Made by a program: the position numbers and the translations under genes. From NCBI RefSeq assembly GCF_000315625.1, contig NW_005434569.1, positions 89,349 through 153,348 of the forward strand: a stretch of DNA of 64,000 bases, read 5' to 3'. Position 1 is the first letter of the stretch, and each line of letters opens with the position of its first letter. Source of the DNA: Guillardia theta CCMP2712 (taxonomy: Eukaryota > Protista > Cryptophyta). Shown in pieces: positions 59,628 through 64,000 of this stretch. Under the pieces are notes generated by a model. The model did not search any database, was not told the origin of the DNA, and worked only from the letters and a program-made list of their open reading frames with translations.

Positions 59628-62270
59628 CATCGCAAGTCAGCTTTGATGCAGGCTTTGATGGCCATTATGGCCTTCACAGGCGTGGCTGGCCCTCCGAAGC
59701 TCAATCATGATGCATCGCCAATACGATATCAAATATCAAAATAAAGAATATCAATGTTGAAAGTTTCCCGCCACTGTGAACTCTGCGAAGCCGTACAGAT
59801 ATGAGGATGTGCAGCGTTTGACAGAGCAAGACAAGTCAGGTGGGCATTTATCTCTTTTTTTTTTCATCGAAATTATCACGGGAAGAGATCCAAATGACGT
59901 GTTCTTGATGCAGGTTGGAATGATTTGCAGCCTTTGGCAACTTGTATGAGATTGATGAATGGGTGAAGACTTTGGCAAGTGCCCAACCAATATTACAAAC
60001 CGGTATCCAGGAGTACGTAGACGTACCAGTAAGCCGCCCAGCATACAAAACTCTCGAGACAATGGCTGCATACGAAGGGGTTTTCGACACATCGCAGAAC
60101 TGTCCCGATGTGAAAAGGTTGTGACATGAAATGGGCACAAACAAAGATAAGTTCAGGACTCGGGAGTCAGTCAAGTCTAGGCAAAATATTGACATGGTCA
60201 TCTCACTGCATGGAAGAACATGCAAAACTGAAGGAAAAGCTCAACGGAAAGTTCTAAATGAACAGATACAGCGCATTTTAGCAGTCACGGTCGGAGCAGC
60301 TCGATGCTTGAAACAAAGATGATCCTCAATACAATCGAATGATGACAAGTAAGTCCCATGGTTCGTGAAGAATTCTTCATCCAATTCTTAAGGATGTGTT
60401 TGAACGATGAAACATTTTGCATATCACCAATTTCATCACACTGACTGATGCATCATGTAAATATTACTGGTGTGAACTTGCATCAGATTCTGTTCATCGG
60501 ATGAGCCGCTACCAAGCAGTTGATGTCACAGCAAACAAGAGAGCCGTTTTGAAGATGCTGATATTCCTGACCGTAGAGCATTCAAGATTTGGCCACATGT
60601 CACATGCTTCTTGGTTAATGCAGATACACCCTCGCCAGGCAAAAGATGGAACCCGTCTTCAGGATTACAGGGAGGTCGGTTGTGCTTGTACCCTGATTGT
60701 AACTCGTCTAATAAAGATATGATAACCTGAATGTGCAATTCTGTTTGTTGATTCACAGTGTTTGCGACTCGATTGCAATCATCGAGTGCTTGCTCTGTTG
60801 AACAAGGCACTCCTCTGTAGAGCCATGCGACAAGAACACTACAGTTGCACGGTAGCATTGCGACACCAAGACAGGATTGATCCGATGAACGTCTCATTTA
60901 TTGATACGCAAAGGCATCATCTGCACATTGTTTCATTTCTGACTAGGTTTCTGTGCAATCGAAATCCTTGTGAAAATATCATGACAGAGGAAAAATTTGA
61001 AGCGAAACGGAAAAATCATCGAAATATGATCATGGATATAGTGATTCATGATCAACAACGGTTCTCTACAGTCATCTATGCGGGCAGGAACAGTCATCTT
61101 CTGTGCAAACGTCTCTTCATGTATCGTTGAACGGTTGAGTGCATGTAAGACTTGCCTCCATAGAAAGGTGAAGTGCATGAATCCTGACTGTAAGACTAGA
61201 AGAATTGAAAGCAAGTGATGACATGAGAACACATATCTAGACAGAAAAGTCGCTCAAGGTACAGCTGGATACAAATTTCTCACAAATCACAGTCATGCAT
61301 TTGAGCGCAACGTGCAACATACGGCAATTTGAATAAAGGGTCAATCAGGATACAAATTTCTCACAAATCACAGTCATGCATTTGAGCGCAACGTGCAACA
61401 TACGGCAATTTGAATAAAGGGTCAATCAGAGTTGATTCTGTTCAATGGTGTATCAATTATCAGTTCCTTACCTGATCATAAAGATTTCATCTTGTCTTCG
61501 AAGAATATTTGCAAGTACACCCGCGGATTGTTTGAACCAAGGGCACATATTCCATTGCAGGATGGATGATTCAAACCTTGGCCCAACCTGTAGAGTTGAG
61601 AAAGAAGCTCGATCATCTCTTACAGGTATGATATGAGATCTTCATCTCATTTCTATCTCAGTTGGGTTGGATTCGAAGTCTCTCAATATCAAGGTTCATC
61701 CTGGTGAGTCAGGAAGGCACCATTTCATCGCTTCTTGCTCGTCCAGGGAGAGGGGGCTTGGGGAATGAGAAATGGGGGTTACCCCCACCCCCTATTGTAG
61801 AGTTTCAAACTGGTTCAAAGGTGGGTAGTTGAGGGTGCTCCATACCCACCCCACCACCCAAAATGACTCAAACGGAGGGGTTCTCGGATCCGAAGGAGTC
61901 CCGCCTCCATCATACCCCCTCTCATTTGAATTGAATGGTTCAGGCCGACCCCACATACAGGCTTGCAGTTTTCTTATGTATGCCCATATGATTTGATCGG
62001 ACAGGCCCCAGGTTCAAGGGATGAAGCAATTCACCAGCATGCTTGAAGATTTTTCATGGAAGTGGGGTTATACTTGTACCGGATGTGTACAATACATAGG
62101 GGAGAACCCCGAATGGTACCAAAAGAGTACAAAAGTCACATGGTTCGGACTGTACTAACTGGTACCAAGAAATTGTACTCAAGAAGACCCTACCCCTGAA
62201 AAAGTCCTGCTTGGCTCTTCGTGATTTGAATTCGGAACACGTTCGGAAGACCCATCCCGCCCCCACATGA
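59628..62270. mobile_element. Decayed sister module: + and - pseudogenes followed by a GGGTA/TACCC-rich block; ends not resolved
   Basis: 61670-61830 aligns with 55250-55410; TGA-interrupted frames at 59709-60350 (+) and 61470-61728 (-). Confidence 0.45.
61268..61429. repeat. Perfect 81-bp tandem duplication
   Basis: Visible 2 x 81 bp. Confidence 0.93.
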
Positions 62271-62412
62271 GGCGTGTTGTGCGTGGATTTGAATCTACCA
62301 CCCTCACCGCGAAACGTTTTAGAGCTCCAAGGTCAATTGAGAAAGGCAACGCTATGTCAGTAGAACCACCCTCCTCGTATCATCCGGAAGGGCTCTGTTC
62401 TGATCCTCTCCC

Positions 62413-64000
<1,588 letters not shown>

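Noticed and set aside
53850-61728. TGA reassignment or readthrough in cargo genes
   Set aside because: Host genes here end in TGA (19054, 27195); CpG decay is the simpler explanation.
38777-62270. Endogenous virophage, Polinton or giant-virus insertion
   Set aside because: No capsid, packaging ATPase, pPolB or cysteine protease motifs recognised; the genes have spliceosomal introns and a DDE transposase.
43734-62276. CATGA(T/G)GCGTG at 43734-44 and 62266-76 as CAC-type right ends
   Set aside because: No matching left ends or convincing TSDs were found; left unresolved.

Overview
Eukaryotic nuclear DNA from a flagellated protist. The 45-70 nt GT-AG introns, microsatellite-filled introns and CCGG-rich intergenic islands resemble a cryptophyte such as Guillardia theta, but that assignment is inference. 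The left half (1-28.6 kb) is gene-dense: an 11-intron inner-arm axonemal dynein heavy chain, an unknown multi-exon gene, a Zn2Cys6 transcription factor, an ankyrin/TRPV-like channel, RBBP6/Mpe1 and SPEF1. The right half (29.4-64 kb) is a nested transposon cluster: (i) a Ty1/Copia element with a 24-bp palindrome where the tRNA primer site should be, a Tudor-like insert and an out-of-frame RT; (ii) a ~17 kb segment bounded by CATT... inverted repeats that encodes a RAG1/Transib/Chapaev-type DDE transposase convergent with a BAH-like gene, a ProtoRAG-like layout; (iii) an intact, recent chromovirus inserted into that segment; (iv) a 2.1 kb non-autonomous CATT-TIR element with a 3-bp TSD; (v) CpG-decayed sister modules; (vi) a palindromic 106-bp satellite; (vii) the start of a possible CRE-type non-LTR ORF with polyQ. 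The best candidate for an undescribed system is the RAG1-like + BAH-like transposon family. All domain calls come from motif recognition by eye; no database searches were run.
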